Positions 9,764-19,327 are shown, counted from the stretch's first letter. The stretch is 39,525 nt of DNA from an uncultured Mucilaginibacter sp. (GCA_903885865.1 CAISKH010000570.1:1-39525); one strand, 5' to 3'. Made by a program: numbers and translations. The notes: a model not told the origin generated them from the sequence alone.

Positions 9764-10900
9764 CTAAAGTTCGGTAAATGTAGTAATAGTCATGGTTTGA
9801 TTGTGCAATTCGCATTGGGTGCTTTCGCTAAACGGTGAAATTTCGCCATAACTATAAAAACCTGTAATGGCAGTATCCGCGCCCAATATCTCTTTTGCAG
9901 CTTCTAATTCTTCATAAGTTCTTTCCTGTAAAATCAATTTGCGCCCAACGCAGCTAATTAATATGGCCAGGCCAGGACTGTTATTTTTGAGGCTGTTAAA
10001 CGAATTAGTAGCGGCTTTAGACGATGCGTCAATAATTTTATCAAAGTTGGCTTTCATCAATCTTACTTTGCCTCCCTCCGGAAGGTTGCCGGCAAAGGTC
10101 ATTGATTTTTCTTCCTCGTTAATGCTTAAAATAGTACGCACGAGGTTTTTGTCGCCGCCATTTACACGTAAAGATAGCGGAAAAAGCAGTGCCGACCCCG
10201 GCAATTCAACTACATATTCGCCCAGGTATTCTTTATAAAGGTCGAGCGCGTTTTTATGATCTATTTCATACAAAACATTTTTGTCAGACCGGGTAATGGT
10301 ACGCTCCTGCCCAAACTCATCCCAACCTCCCAACGAGCCATGGCCTATCAACATACCTTTGCCATAAAATCCAATGGCTGATACATTTCCCTGTGAGGGT
10401 ATTTCGTTAACCCCTGTGAACGTCTTTTCGAACCGGGCGGCATCGCCGGCTAAGCCTCCGGTTATTGGTACGTTGTGTTTATTGTTCTTATTGAGGCCAC
10501 TAACCAGTTCGCTGCCATTAATAAATGTGCCATCTGATATAACAAAAACACAATTCAGATCATCGCCCGATAGTTGGTCCATTAAAAAACGCCCAGTTTC
10601 AAAACTATTGCTATGGCGTTTTATATTTGTTTTAACCGTGCGCACACTGGTTTTTTCAAACTCAATAGCGGTAACTACTGCGCTGTTATCAAAAACCGAA
10701 TCGCCCAGTATCTCGCCCGACGTGGATGAAAATACAATATCGGCCTTTGAATATAAAGATTTTAAGTGCTCATATACTTCGGGTTTCACAATGCTGTCTG
10801 ATGATCCGAAAACCAGTACCAGTTGGCATTTAGCTGCATTTAATTCTGAAGGGTAGTCTTTCCAGGCCCCATTCACAAAATGATGTTGTTTGGTTCTCAT
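9764..10900 (-). CDS. FIST_N/FIST_C sensory protein (NosP-like)
   Basis: STSGEI, GGLAGD, LISCVGRK, GFYSYGEI, LHNQTMT motifs. Start is ATG 10900, or 10915 per the ORF track. Confidence 0.9.
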   Translation of the reverse strand: MRTKQHHFVNGAWKDYPSELNAAKCQLVLVFGSSDSIVKPEVYEHLKSLYSKADIVFSSTSGEILGDSVFDNSAVVTAIEFEKTSVRTVKTNIKRHSNSFETGRFLMDQLSGDDLNCVFVISDGTFINGSELVSGLNKNNKHNVPITGGLAGDAARFEKTFTGVNEIPSQGNVSAIGFYGKGMLIGHGSLGGWDEFGQERTITRSDKNVLYEIDHKNALDLYKEYLGEYVVELPGSALLFPLSLRVNGGDKNLVRTILSINEEEKSMTFAGNLPEGGKVRLMKANFDKIIDASSKAATNSFNSLKNNSPGLAILISCVGRKLILQERTYEELEAAKEILGADTAITGFYSYGEISPFSESTQCELHNQTMTITTFTEL

Positions 10901-11137
10901 TGTTGGTTCAATCAATAATTAGTGTAACGTAAATTTAAATAAAAATACAGGTTTATTAACTAATTTAAATTTATACGTGTATAAAATAATTATGGTTGTT
11001 TTTCAGCCTAACTTATTAATAATAAATATTTTTCGGAAAATAATTAACATTAACTTCATGGGTTTTGAAATGATTAATTATTATTTTTAACTTTAATCGT
11101 TAAGCGAATTTTATAGCCACCCTAATTAGCTATTGTC

Positions 11138-12586
11138 ATGATAAATATTTCTAAACGGTATGGCGTAGTTATTTTAATAACTATACTTTCCATCCAAAAC
11201 TCATTTAGCCAAACCCATAGCCGGGGTTTGGATTTTGACGATGCCGCATACGCTACGGCCCCAAAAAAAGCTAAACTTACCCGTGCACTTGATGTGCTGC
11301 CCGCGAAAGCATCGATAAAGCAGTTTGCGCCTTACCCTAAAACCCAGGACCAATATGGCACTTGCGCCGCGTGGGCATCGGCTTATTGCGGCCGCACTAT
11401 TGTTGACGCCATAAAAAACAACTGGACAGACCGTAATCAAATCACTAAAAATGCGTATTCCCCGGCCTTTTTGTTCCGCTTGTTAAGGCCCGATGATCCC
11501 GCCTGCGTGGGGGGCTCAAATATTGAGTTTGCTTTTGAGCTGATGAAGAATAAGGGAAGCATACCTTTTACCAGCCTGCCTTTGTTATGCGTACCAACCG
11601 TCGCCCCGGCCCAACTGGATATGGCATCATCTGCTAAAATTAAAGATTACGCGCGCTTGTTCGATGTTTATTCGGGCGACAATATTAAGGTTCAGGCGGT
11701 AAAAAAATCTATTTCCGAAAAAAAGCCGGTGGTAATAGGAATGCTTTGCCCGCCATCATTTGACTATGCGAGAGATTGCTGGCAACCTACCGAGCAGCCC
11801 CTAACCACTTATGGCGGCCACGCGATGTGTATTGTGGGATATGACGATGAGCAATATGGCGGCGCTTTTGAAGTTCAAAACAGCTGGGGGACCAACTGGG
11901 GCAACCAGGGCTATATCTGGATAAAATATACCGATATGGCCAAATTTGTAAAATACGCTTATGAGTTTGTTGATCTCCCGGACCCCAAACCCAATGTGCC
12001 CGACCTCTCGGGTTCATTAAGGCTGGCGCTTTCAACCGGGTTGGATATGCCTGTAAACCTCCTCGTTTCAACCCGGGGGCTTAAAGTTGTTGCCGCCGAT
12101 AAACCAATAAACAAAACACCCGAACCGTTAACCATTTATCAAACAGCAAGCACCTATACTTCGGGCACCAATTTCCGTATTTATATCACTAATGATGCCC
12201 CGGCCTATGTATATGCCATCAGTTCTGACCTGACCAACGCGGTTACCAAAATATTTCCGTATGCGGATGGGATAAGCGCCGTATTAAATTATAAAAAGAA
12301 TGATGTTGCCCTACCCGATGAGGACCATTACATACAGTTTGATAATGTGGCCGGAAAGGATTTTTTATGTGTACTGTATAGCAAAAACGAACTGAATATT
12401 AATGACCTGATAGCCAAAATAGGCACACAAACCGGTACGTTTAATGAACGGGTATTTGGCGCACTGGGCGAGCGTATGGTTGACCCGAAAAATGTTAAAT
12501 TTGATAGTGACAAGATCAAATTTTCGGGCAGCAGCGCTGATAAGCAGGATGTAGTGGCCCTGATGGTTGAACTTGATCATAAATAA
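11138..12586 (+). CDS. Secreted papain-like cysteine peptidase (C1A) with C-terminal DUF4384-like domain
   Basis: Signal peptide; Q70..C76 (QDQYGTCAAW), H228 (GGHAMCIVGY), N248 (QNSWGTNWG); C-terminal FRIYIT..AYVYAI..KIFP pattern. Confidence 0.9.
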   Translation: MINISKRYGVVILITILSIQNSFSQTHSRGLDFDDAAYATAPKKAKLTRALDVLPAKASIKQFAPYPKTQDQYGTCAAWASAYCGRTIVDAIKNNWTDRNQITKNAYSPAFLFRLLRPDDPACVGGSNIEFAFELMKNKGSIPFTSLPLLCVPTVAPAQLDMASSAKIKDYARLFDVYSGDNIKVQAVKKSISEKKPVVIGMLCPPSFDYARDCWQPTEQPLTTYGGHAMCIVGYDDEQYGGAFEVQNSWGTNWGNQGYIWIKYTDMAKFVKYAYEFVDLPDPKPNVPDLSGSLRLALSTGLDMPVNLLVSTRGLKVVAADKPINKTPEPLTIYQTASTYTSGTNFRIYITNDAPAYVYAISSDLTNAVTKIFPYADGISAVLNYKKNDVALPDEDHYIQFDNVAGKDFLCVLYSKNELNINDLIAKIGTQTGTFNERVFGALGERMVDPKNVKFDSDKIKFSGSSADKQDVVALMVELDHK

Positions 12587-12592
12587 GCGAAT

Positions 12593-14860
12593 ATGGATAA
12601 GATTTTTAAAAGGGCGGCTTTTATTTTGATGTGTTTACTGCTTTGCGGCATCGTTAAAGCGCAAAGTTTAATTTATTACAATGCTTTTAGCAAAGGCGAG
12701 TCTACATGGGGAAACTATGACGATGCCACAAGCAATGCCCGCATAGAAGGGGGTAAATACATACTTACACATAAACTGCATACCTCAACGGTTATGGCAC
12801 CCGAAATAAAGGTGGATTATAGCCGTAATTTTGCCATACAAACCGTTTTAACCCCCGTGGGCGTACAAAGCCGTTACGCTGCAGGGTTAACTTTTTTTGG
12901 GAAGGATTATAGTAATATATATTACTTCGGCATCGCCGCGGGCCAGTTCCTGGTAGGTAAGTTTGAAAACGGGGGCAATGTTACCATCGTAAACTGGACA
13001 CCCTCAACGGCCATTGCAACCGGTAACGCGGCCAATAAACTGCGTGTTGAAAAACTGGAGAGCAGCGTGAAGTTTTATATAAACGACATACTGGTTAAAG
13101 AGATACCCCCGCTGCTGCCTTTTGGAAATAGATTCGGCCCGGTAGTTATGGAGCAGCAGTCGGTAGCGTTTGATTATTTGAAACTGGCTTATTTAGCCGA
13201 TCCTTCTGTGCAAACAACAACTGTTGAGCCTATAAATAAATCGATCATTGAAACGGCTTACCATACCGATTTTGCTAAAGATGACGCGAACCAATGGGTT
13301 TTAGCGCCTGCGGATTCGTTAACAACTGCAATTACCGACAACCATTTTAAAATGGTGCGCATAGCCCGGTCAGGATATAACGTTTCGGTAACAGCGCCCG
13401 CGCTAAAGGTTGATATGAAGCGCGATTACCTGTTAGAAACCGAAGCAACGCATTATTCGGGCGTGCAAAACTTTGGTTACGGACTGGAGTTTGCAGGCGA
13501 CGAAAACCGAGTTTATCATTTCTGGATAGGCTGCACCGGCTATTATTATATCGGGTATAATGATAAGACAGGGTTTAATACCATCCTCGCCTGGACATCG
13601 TCTGACGCGATAAAAAAAGGCGACCTGGTAAAAAACAAACTGGGCATTCTGCATAAAAACGGACAGCTCAATTTTTATATTAACGACCAGCTGGTAACCT
13701 CGCACCCCGAGATAGAGTTTACCGGGTATAGGTTTGGTTTTGGCGTTTGTGCCAATCAAAACATAGGGTTTAAATATTTGACGTTTGGCTATACCGATAA
13801 AGCGCCTGCTCCCCAGGTTATAACCCAAAATGATGTTACCCCGCCCGAAATATATATTACCTCGCCAGAGGTTACGCGGGGGTTAAAAGTAGTGCAAAAC
13901 AGTGATGTGTTGCACGTTGCCGGTGTTGCCAAAGATGCCAGCGGCATATTTTCGGTTGTGGTAAACGGCATACAGGCTGCGGTTGATAAGGCAGGTAATT
14001 TTACCGTTGATGTGCCTATGGCCATAGGCGATAACCCGCTGATGGTGGTGGCTACCGATATGAATATGAATAAGGGCACTTACAACTTTCATATCGTTCG
14101 TAATAACATATCGGCAGCCACGCAGGCAACGGTACAACAAAGCGCGGCGCAGGGGAAATACTATGCCCTGTTAATTGGCGTACAGGATTATAAGGACCAA
14201 TCTATACCAAGTTTGGAGGGCCCTGTTGGCGACGCCAATACCTTGTTGAAATCGCTTACCAGTAACTATACCTTTGCTCCCGAAAATGTAACTGCCTTAA
14301 ATAATGCTACACGCGAGCAGTTTTTCCACGCGCTGGATGATCTGTCGAACAAAATTAAACCCGAAGATAACCTGCTGATATTTTATGCCGGGCACGGCTA
14401 CTATGATGAGGCGCATTTGCAGGGCTACTGGTACCCCGCCGACGCGGTGCTTAAACGCAGGGATACCTGGATATCAAACGCCGACCTGATAGACTATATA
14501 ACCGCCATAAAATCAAAACATACGCTATTAATAAGCGATGCTTGTTTTTCGGGGAGCATATTTAAAACCAGGGCCATTGATATGGCACCCAAGGATATAC
14601 AGGAACTGTATAAACTGCCCAGCCGCAAAGCCATGACCAGCGGCGCCATGAAGGAAGTACCCGATAAAAGCGTTTTTATAGAATACCTGGTAAAGCGCCT
14701 TAACCAAAATACAGATAACTTTTTACCTGCCGAACAATTATTTGCCAGCTTTAAAGCCGCGGTAATAAACAACAGCCCCAACGGCCAGGTGCCCCAATTT
14801 GGCGAGATCAGGGAGGCCGGTGATGAGGGAGGGGATTTTATTTTTATAAAGAAGCAGTAG
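12593..14860 (+). CDS. Secreted caspase-like (C14B ortho/metacaspase-type) peptidase with two ConA-like beta-sandwich domains and an Ig-like domain
   Basis: Signal peptide; duplicated WT.S.AI..G...NKL....FYIND.LV domains; DVTPPEIYITSP Ig-like domain; YALLIG, FYAGHG (H601), ISDACFSG (C651), terminal GGDFIF. Confidence 0.9.
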   Translation: MDKIFKRAAFILMCLLLCGIVKAQSLIYYNAFSKGESTWGNYDDATSNARIEGGKYILTHKLHTSTVMAPEIKVDYSRNFAIQTVLTPVGVQSRYAAGLTFFGKDYSNIYYFGIAAGQFLVGKFENGGNVTIVNWTPSTAIATGNAANKLRVEKLESSVKFYINDILVKEIPPLLPFGNRFGPVVMEQQSVAFDYLKLAYLADPSVQTTTVEPINKSIIETAYHTDFAKDDANQWVLAPADSLTTAITDNHFKMVRIARSGYNVSVTAPALKVDMKRDYLLETEATHYSGVQNFGYGLEFAGDENRVYHFWIGCTGYYYIGYNDKTGFNTILAWTSSDAIKKGDLVKNKLGILHKNGQLNFYINDQLVTSHPEIEFTGYRFGFGVCANQNIGFKYLTFGYTDKAPAPQVITQNDVTPPEIYITSPEVTRGLKVVQNSDVLHVAGVAKDASGIFSVVVNGIQAAVDKAGNFTVDVPMAIGDNPLMVVATDMNMNKGTYNFHIVRNNISAATQATVQQSAAQGKYYALLIGVQDYKDQSIPSLEGPVGDANTLLKSLTSNYTFAPENVTALNNATREQFFHALDDLSNKIKPEDNLLIFYAGHGYYDEAHLQGYWYPADAVLKRRDTWISNADLIDYITAIKSKHTLLISDACFSGSIFKTRAIDMAPKDIQELYKLPSRKAMTSGAMKEVPDKSVFIEYLVKRLNQNTDNFLPAEQLFASFKAAVINNSPNGQVPQFGEIREAGDEGGDFIFIKKQ

Positions 14861-14960
14861 GTTCATCTTCAAATACCATAAACTTAAGGCAATAGTAATT
14901 TTTACCAGGATAACAGAAGATCAAAAATAAATTTGATATTTATCTGGTTAAATTAAATCA

Positions 14961-15713
14961 ATGCCCACATCAAAAAACAATAGAATAGCTATAATAACAG
15001 GAGGCGCATCGGGTCTGGGTCTGGCTGCTGCTAAAAAGTTTGTTGAGCAAAATATAAAAACCATCATTATAGGCCGCAACCAGGAAAACCTGGCTAAAGC
15101 TGCCGGCGAGTTAGGCGGGCTATGCAGTTACAAAGTATTCGACCTGAATAATTTGAGTGGCATCCCGCAATTGATAAGCAGTATTGTGCTGGAATATGGG
15201 ACGATAGATATACTGGTAAACAATGCCGGTATTAACCTGAAAAAGCATTTCACTGAAGTAACCGACGAAGAATTTCAACAGGTTATTCAAACCAATTTAA
15301 ATTCGGTTTTTGCTATCAGCCGCGAGACGGCTAAGGTAATGATAGCTAATGGCAGGGGCTGTATTATTAATATCAGCTCAATGGCGGCGCAATACGGCAT
15401 ACCATATGTAATTGCCTATACGGCCGCCAAAACGGCCATTGAGGGCATGACAAAGGCTATGGCTGTTGAGTTATCGCCAAAAGGTATACGGATAAATTGT
15501 GTGGCGCCGGGTTTTATAAAAACCAATATGTCGGCAAAAGCGCTGGATAATGACCCCGAACGAAAACAAAAAGTATTATCACGTACCCCTATGGGTAAAT
15601 TAGGCGAGCCGGAAGATGTAGCAGAAGCTATTTTTTTCCTGGCATCTGATGCGGCCAAATATATTACAGGCGTAGTTTTACCGGTTGACGGTGGCAATTC
15701 AATCGGCTTTTAA
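14961..15713 (+). CDS. SDR family oxidoreductase (gluconate 5-dehydrogenase-like)
   Basis: TGGASGLG, NNAG, YTAAK (YxxxK), VAPGFI, VDGG. Confidence 0.9.
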   Translation: MPTSKNNRIAIITGGASGLGLAAAKKFVEQNIKTIIIGRNQENLAKAAGELGGLCSYKVFDLNNLSGIPQLISSIVLEYGTIDILVNNAGINLKKHFTEVTDEEFQQVIQTNLNSVFAISRETAKVMIANGRGCIINISSMAAQYGIPYVIAYTAAKTAIEGMTKAMAVELSPKGIRINCVAPGFIKTNMSAKALDNDPERKQKVLSRTPMGKLGEPEDVAEAIFFLASDAAKYITGVVLPVDGGNSIGF

Positions 15714-15726
15714 CCGGGATATTGAA

Positions 15727-15936
15727 TTACTTGGGTTTATTCAGGTTTGGATTAACCGCGGGAGGCGGGGTCGAGGTTATTTCACCAAATTCGTTTACAT
15801 AAGCCATCATGCTGTCAAGGTCGCTGCTTCCGGGGTTATCCTTGCGTTCCTGTTTGCGCTGGGCCTTATCTTCTTTTTTTTTCTGGCGGTTCTTTTCCAG
15901 TTGTTTCTTCATAAAGGTTGCTTGCGATTTAGCCAT
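15727..15936 (-). CDS. Small basic Bacteroidota cold-shock-associated protein
   Basis: Lys-rich helix followed by MMAYVNEFGEITSTPP, a pattern familiar beside or fused to Bacteroidota CSD proteins. Confidence 0.75.
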   Translation of the reverse strand: MAKSQATFMKKQLEKNRQKKKEDKAQRKQERKDNPGSSDLDSMMAYVNEFGEITSTPPPAVNPNLNKPK

Positions 15937-15971
15937 AAATTATATTGGGTTAAGTGAATATTGTTATAAAT

Positions 15972-15999
15972 AAAAAGCACCCCGATTTGATCGGGGTGC
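15972..15999 (-). terminator. Intrinsic terminator downstream of the cold-shock gene
   Basis: Perfect 10-bp stem GCACCCCGAT/ATCGGGGTGC, 3-nt loop, TTTTT on the minus strand. Confidence 0.85.
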
Positions 16000-16024
16000 C
16001 TTACGATCAACTTATAGAGATTTT

Positions 16025-16219
16025 TTAAATTACCTTTACATTTACCGCGTTAAGGCCTTTTTTGCCTTCTTCCAGATCAAACGATACTTTGTCGTTTTCA
16101 CGAATTTCATCGATTAATCCTGTAGAGTGTACAAAAACATCGCTTCTGTCGTTACTCTGTGAAATGAATCCAAAACCTTTTTCGGAGTTGAAAAACTTTA
16201 CTGTTCCTTCTTTTTGCAT
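16025..16219 (-). CDS. Cold-shock domain protein (64 aa)
   Basis: GTVKFFN, RNP1 KGFGFI, RNP2 VFVH; true start MQKEG at 16219. Confidence 0.95.
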   Translation of the reverse strand: MQKEGTVKFFNSEKGFGFISQSNDRSDVFVHSTGLIDEIRENDKVSFDLEEGKKGLNAVNVKVI

Positions 16220-16518
16220 TATATATTTTAAATAAGCGTGCAAGGTAGGCATATATACTGGTATATCGGTCTTTTTCCCCCATATTAAATTCAGGTCCTC
16301 TACATTTATATTCAAATAGCTGCCTTTATTTCATAAACAATGCCTACCTTTAAGCACTTCTCTAAAAAACTCTTAGGCATTATCCGTTTTCTGATACGGT
16401 GATATTTAAGCTTCACGCTAATAATTGATCAGGAAAAACCACACCATCACTGCTTATTTAATTGTTGTCTGCTGCCGGGATATGCGCTGCCGGCAATTGA
16501 TGTTAAACAAACACTATT

Positions 16519-16656
16519 ATGAGTAAAGACAGGAAAACTATTAAAGAAAAAAAGAAGGAGCCGAGTGCAAATTTAAATAAAAAGCTATCCAGCTATCAGT
16601 CTGAAAAAGGTTCCATGTCACAATCTGATCTGTCGATCGGAAAAAAATCAAAATAA
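16519..16656 (+). CDS. 45-aa Lys/Ser-rich small protein (below the ORF-track cutoff)
   Basis: MSKDRKTIKEKKKEPSANLNKKLSSYQSEKGSMSQSDLSIGKKSK; A-rich leader; stop 2 nt before the next ATG. Confidence 0.65.
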   Translation: MSKDRKTIKEKKKEPSANLNKKLSSYQSEKGSMSQSDLSIGKKSK

Positions 16657-16658
16657 CT

Positions 16659-16982
16659 ATGAAAGAGCAAACAATAGAAAACCAGGTAAAAATGTACCTG
16701 TACGACCTAATGAACACAGCTAAAGAACACGGTTTTAAAGCAGATGATAACTGGGAACTGAGTATGGTAACTGACACCGAAAGAATAAAAATTCAGAAAG
16801 ATTATTACCCTACTATCGCAACCAAAATAATCCCTGAGTTTTTATTGCAGGTTTTTCATTTAACAAAATTCAGGCTTAAACAGACCTTAAATAAAAATGA
16901 AGAAAGCCTGAATAACCGCAGCGTTGTAAATAACGAGCTGAATTATATAGTAGCGTTTAACCCCAAGCGGCCACGAACTTAG
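16659..16982 (+). CDS. Hypothetical protein
   Basis: 107-aa ORF closely coupled to the upstream small ORF; no motif recognised. Confidence 0.75.
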   Translation: MKEQTIENQVKMYLYDLMNTAKEHGFKADDNWELSMVTDTERIKIQKDYYPTIATKIIPEFLLQVFHLTKFRLKQTLNKNEESLNNRSVVNNELNYIVAFNPKRPRT

Positions 16983-17100
16983 CCATATAGAATGGATTAA
17001 GGCTGGTTCTGAAGCAATTAAGTATGCAATTCGTGTATCTGAGGTAATTGCAGGATGCCCCCATGTTCTGTATATTAGTAGGTTAGTAGGTCAAAAAAAA

Positions 17101-17787
17101 ATGGTATTGAGTAGCGCAATAAAAATAAGGGCCATAATTACCGGTACAACCGGTATGGTTGGCGAAGGCGTAATGCGTGAGTGCCTGCTGCATCCGCAGG
17201 TGGAAGCGGTGTTGGTTATTAACCGAAGGCCGGGCGGTGTTAGCCATCCAAAATTAAAAGAAATTATTCACCGGAATTTTCTGGACCTTTCGGCTATCGA
17301 AGACCATTTAACGGGATATAACGCTTGTTTTTTTTGCCTCGGGGTGTCGTCTATAGGGATGAAGGAAGAGGAATACTTTAAGCTTACCCATACGTTAACG
17401 CTTAATGTTGCCCAAACGTTAAGCAAGCTTAACAAGGAGATGACCCTATGTTATATTTCAGGCGCCGGAACTGATAGCACAGAGAAAGGGCGGTCAATGT
17501 GGGCCAGGGTTAAAGGTAAAACCGAAAACGACCTGATGAAGCTGCCATTTAAAAAGGTATTCGCATTCAGGCCCGCTTTTATAAAACCTACCGCGGGATT
17601 AAAAAGAACACAAAAAGTGTATAAATATATTGCATGGCTATATCCATTTATGCGATTAGTGGCTCCCGGTGCAACCTGCACACTCAAAGAAATTGGCTTA
17701 GCCATGATTCACTCGGTAACGCGGGGATATGATAAAAATATCCTGGAAGTGAGTGATATTGTGGCTTTAGCAAAAGCTGATAATTAA
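17101..17787 (+). CDS. NAD(P)-binding Rossmann-fold epimerase-like protein (YraR/TIP30-like)
   Basis: ITGTTGMVG, CFFCLG, ISGAG, WARVKGKTE, FRP. Confidence 0.85.
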   Translation: MVLSSAIKIRAIITGTTGMVGEGVMRECLLHPQVEAVLVINRRPGGVSHPKLKEIIHRNFLDLSAIEDHLTGYNACFFCLGVSSIGMKEEEYFKLTHTLTLNVAQTLSKLNKEMTLCYISGAGTDSTEKGRSMWARVKGKTENDLMKLPFKKVFAFRPAFIKPTAGLKRTQKVYKYIAWLYPFMRLVAPGATCTLKEIGLAMIHSVTRGYDKNILEVSDIVALAKADN

Positions 17788-17891
17788 TATCTTTATTTTC
17801 AATGTTTTATAAGAAAATATTCTTTCCATTTAAAACAATATTTGAATTTCGTTATTGTGTATAGGTCTTAGTATTGTCTTTCGCAATTATC

Positions 17892-19307
17892 ATGAAATCG
17901 CCCCTTATAAAAGAATACTTGTTCCTGTTCATCCTGGCAATATGTATAGCACCATTACGGGTTAAAGCCTATGGGATTTTAACGCATGAGGCCATTGTTG
18001 ACGCGAGTTGGGAAAAATCTATCAAGCCATTACTTAAAAACAGGTTTCCGGGCACTACCGATGCCGACCTGCTGATCGCGCATTCTTACGCTTACGGCGG
18101 CAGTTTAATGGCCGACATTGGTTACTCGCCTTATGGCAGCACCTATTTTACCAACCTGGTACACTATGTACGCAGCGGTGATTATGTAAGTAACCTCATC
18201 TCTGAATCGCAAAACCTGAATGAATTTGCTTTTTCCCTTGGTGCAATGTGCCATTACATGGCCGATAGGTACGGCCACTCAATAGGCACCAATCTGGTGG
18301 TGCCTATGGTGTACCCCAAAATAGAAAAAAAATACGGCAATGTTGTTACCTATGAGGACGATCATATATCGCATAGCCGGGTTGAAATTGCATTTGATGT
18401 TTTGCAAATAGCAAGGGGCAATTATGCCACGCAGGCATACCATGATTTTATTGGCTTTAATGTGGCAAAACCGGTATTGGAAAGAGCCTTTATAAAGACC
18501 TACGGGGAGGACCTTAACGAAGTATTCGGTAATTTAGACAAATCAATAAATAATTTCAGATGGGCCGTAAACAGCCTGATGCCTGTGGTTACCCGCAGTG
18601 CGTGGGAACTAAAAAAGGACGAAATAAAGAAAACTACCCCGGGTATTACCAGCCGCAAATTCAATTACCGAATGCACCGGAAAAAATATTTTGCAGAGTT
18701 TGGGAGCGATCTTGACAGGCCGAAATTTAAGGAGCGTTTAATAGCATTTTTTCTGAAAATAGTACCTAAAGTTGGCCCTTTCAGAATTTTCAGGTTTAAA
18801 GAAGTTGACCAGAAAGGTGAAAAACAATTTATTAAAAGTTTTGATACTGTGATGGCCAGGTACGCTGCTGCTTTAACCCAATTAGATTACAAAATCCCCA
18901 AATTATCTAATATTAATTTTGATACCGGAAATGCAACAGTGTATGGTGAGTATGAACTTACTGATAAAACTTATGATGACCTGGTTGATCATTTAGAAAA
19001 AAATAAATTTGCCGACCTTACAGCTCCGCTAAAAAAGAATATTCTTTCTTTTTACAGCAAGACTGATACAACTGCGCTGGCTAAGTACGACCCCTCTGGC
19101 TGGAAGAAAACAAGTACGACACTAAAAAAAATAGAAGCAACTCCTCCGGTACCTTCAGATAGTTTAAAAATAACGCCAACCCCTGTTGAAAAAACAGCAA
19201 TTAAAGCAGCCGATAAAGCTGTTGATAAGGCCGATAAAGCTGCTGACAAAGAAGTTGATAAAGCCGATAAGGCTTCTGATAAAGCTGCCGAAAAATCAAA
19301 ACCATAA
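17892..19307 (+). CDS. Secreted zinc-dependent phospholipase C family protein with repetitive tail
   Basis: Signal peptide ending VKA, then YGILTHEAIVD; CHYMADRYGH; HSRVE zinc-ligand pattern. Confidence 0.8.
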   Translation: MKSPLIKEYLFLFILAICIAPLRVKAYGILTHEAIVDASWEKSIKPLLKNRFPGTTDADLLIAHSYAYGGSLMADIGYSPYGSTYFTNLVHYVRSGDYVSNLISESQNLNEFAFSLGAMCHYMADRYGHSIGTNLVVPMVYPKIEKKYGNVVTYEDDHISHSRVEIAFDVLQIARGNYATQAYHDFIGFNVAKPVLERAFIKTYGEDLNEVFGNLDKSINNFRWAVNSLMPVVTRSAWELKKDEIKKTTPGITSRKFNYRMHRKKYFAEFGSDLDRPKFKERLIAFFLKIVPKVGPFRIFRFKEVDQKGEKQFIKSFDTVMARYAAALTQLDYKIPKLSNINFDTGNATVYGEYELTDKTYDDLVDHLEKNKFADLTAPLKKNILSFYSKTDTTALAKYDPSGWKKTSTTLKKIEATPPVPSDSLKITPTPVEKTAIKAADKAVDKADKAADKEVDKADKASDKAAEKSKP

Positions 19308-19327
19308 AAGAGCGGCTATTCCCGATC

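Noticed and set aside
16220-16315. N-terminally extended cold-shock protein (96 aa in the ORF track)
   Set aside because: The extension is an upstream non-ATG reading through the AT-rich leader; the canonical CSD starts at ATG 16219.
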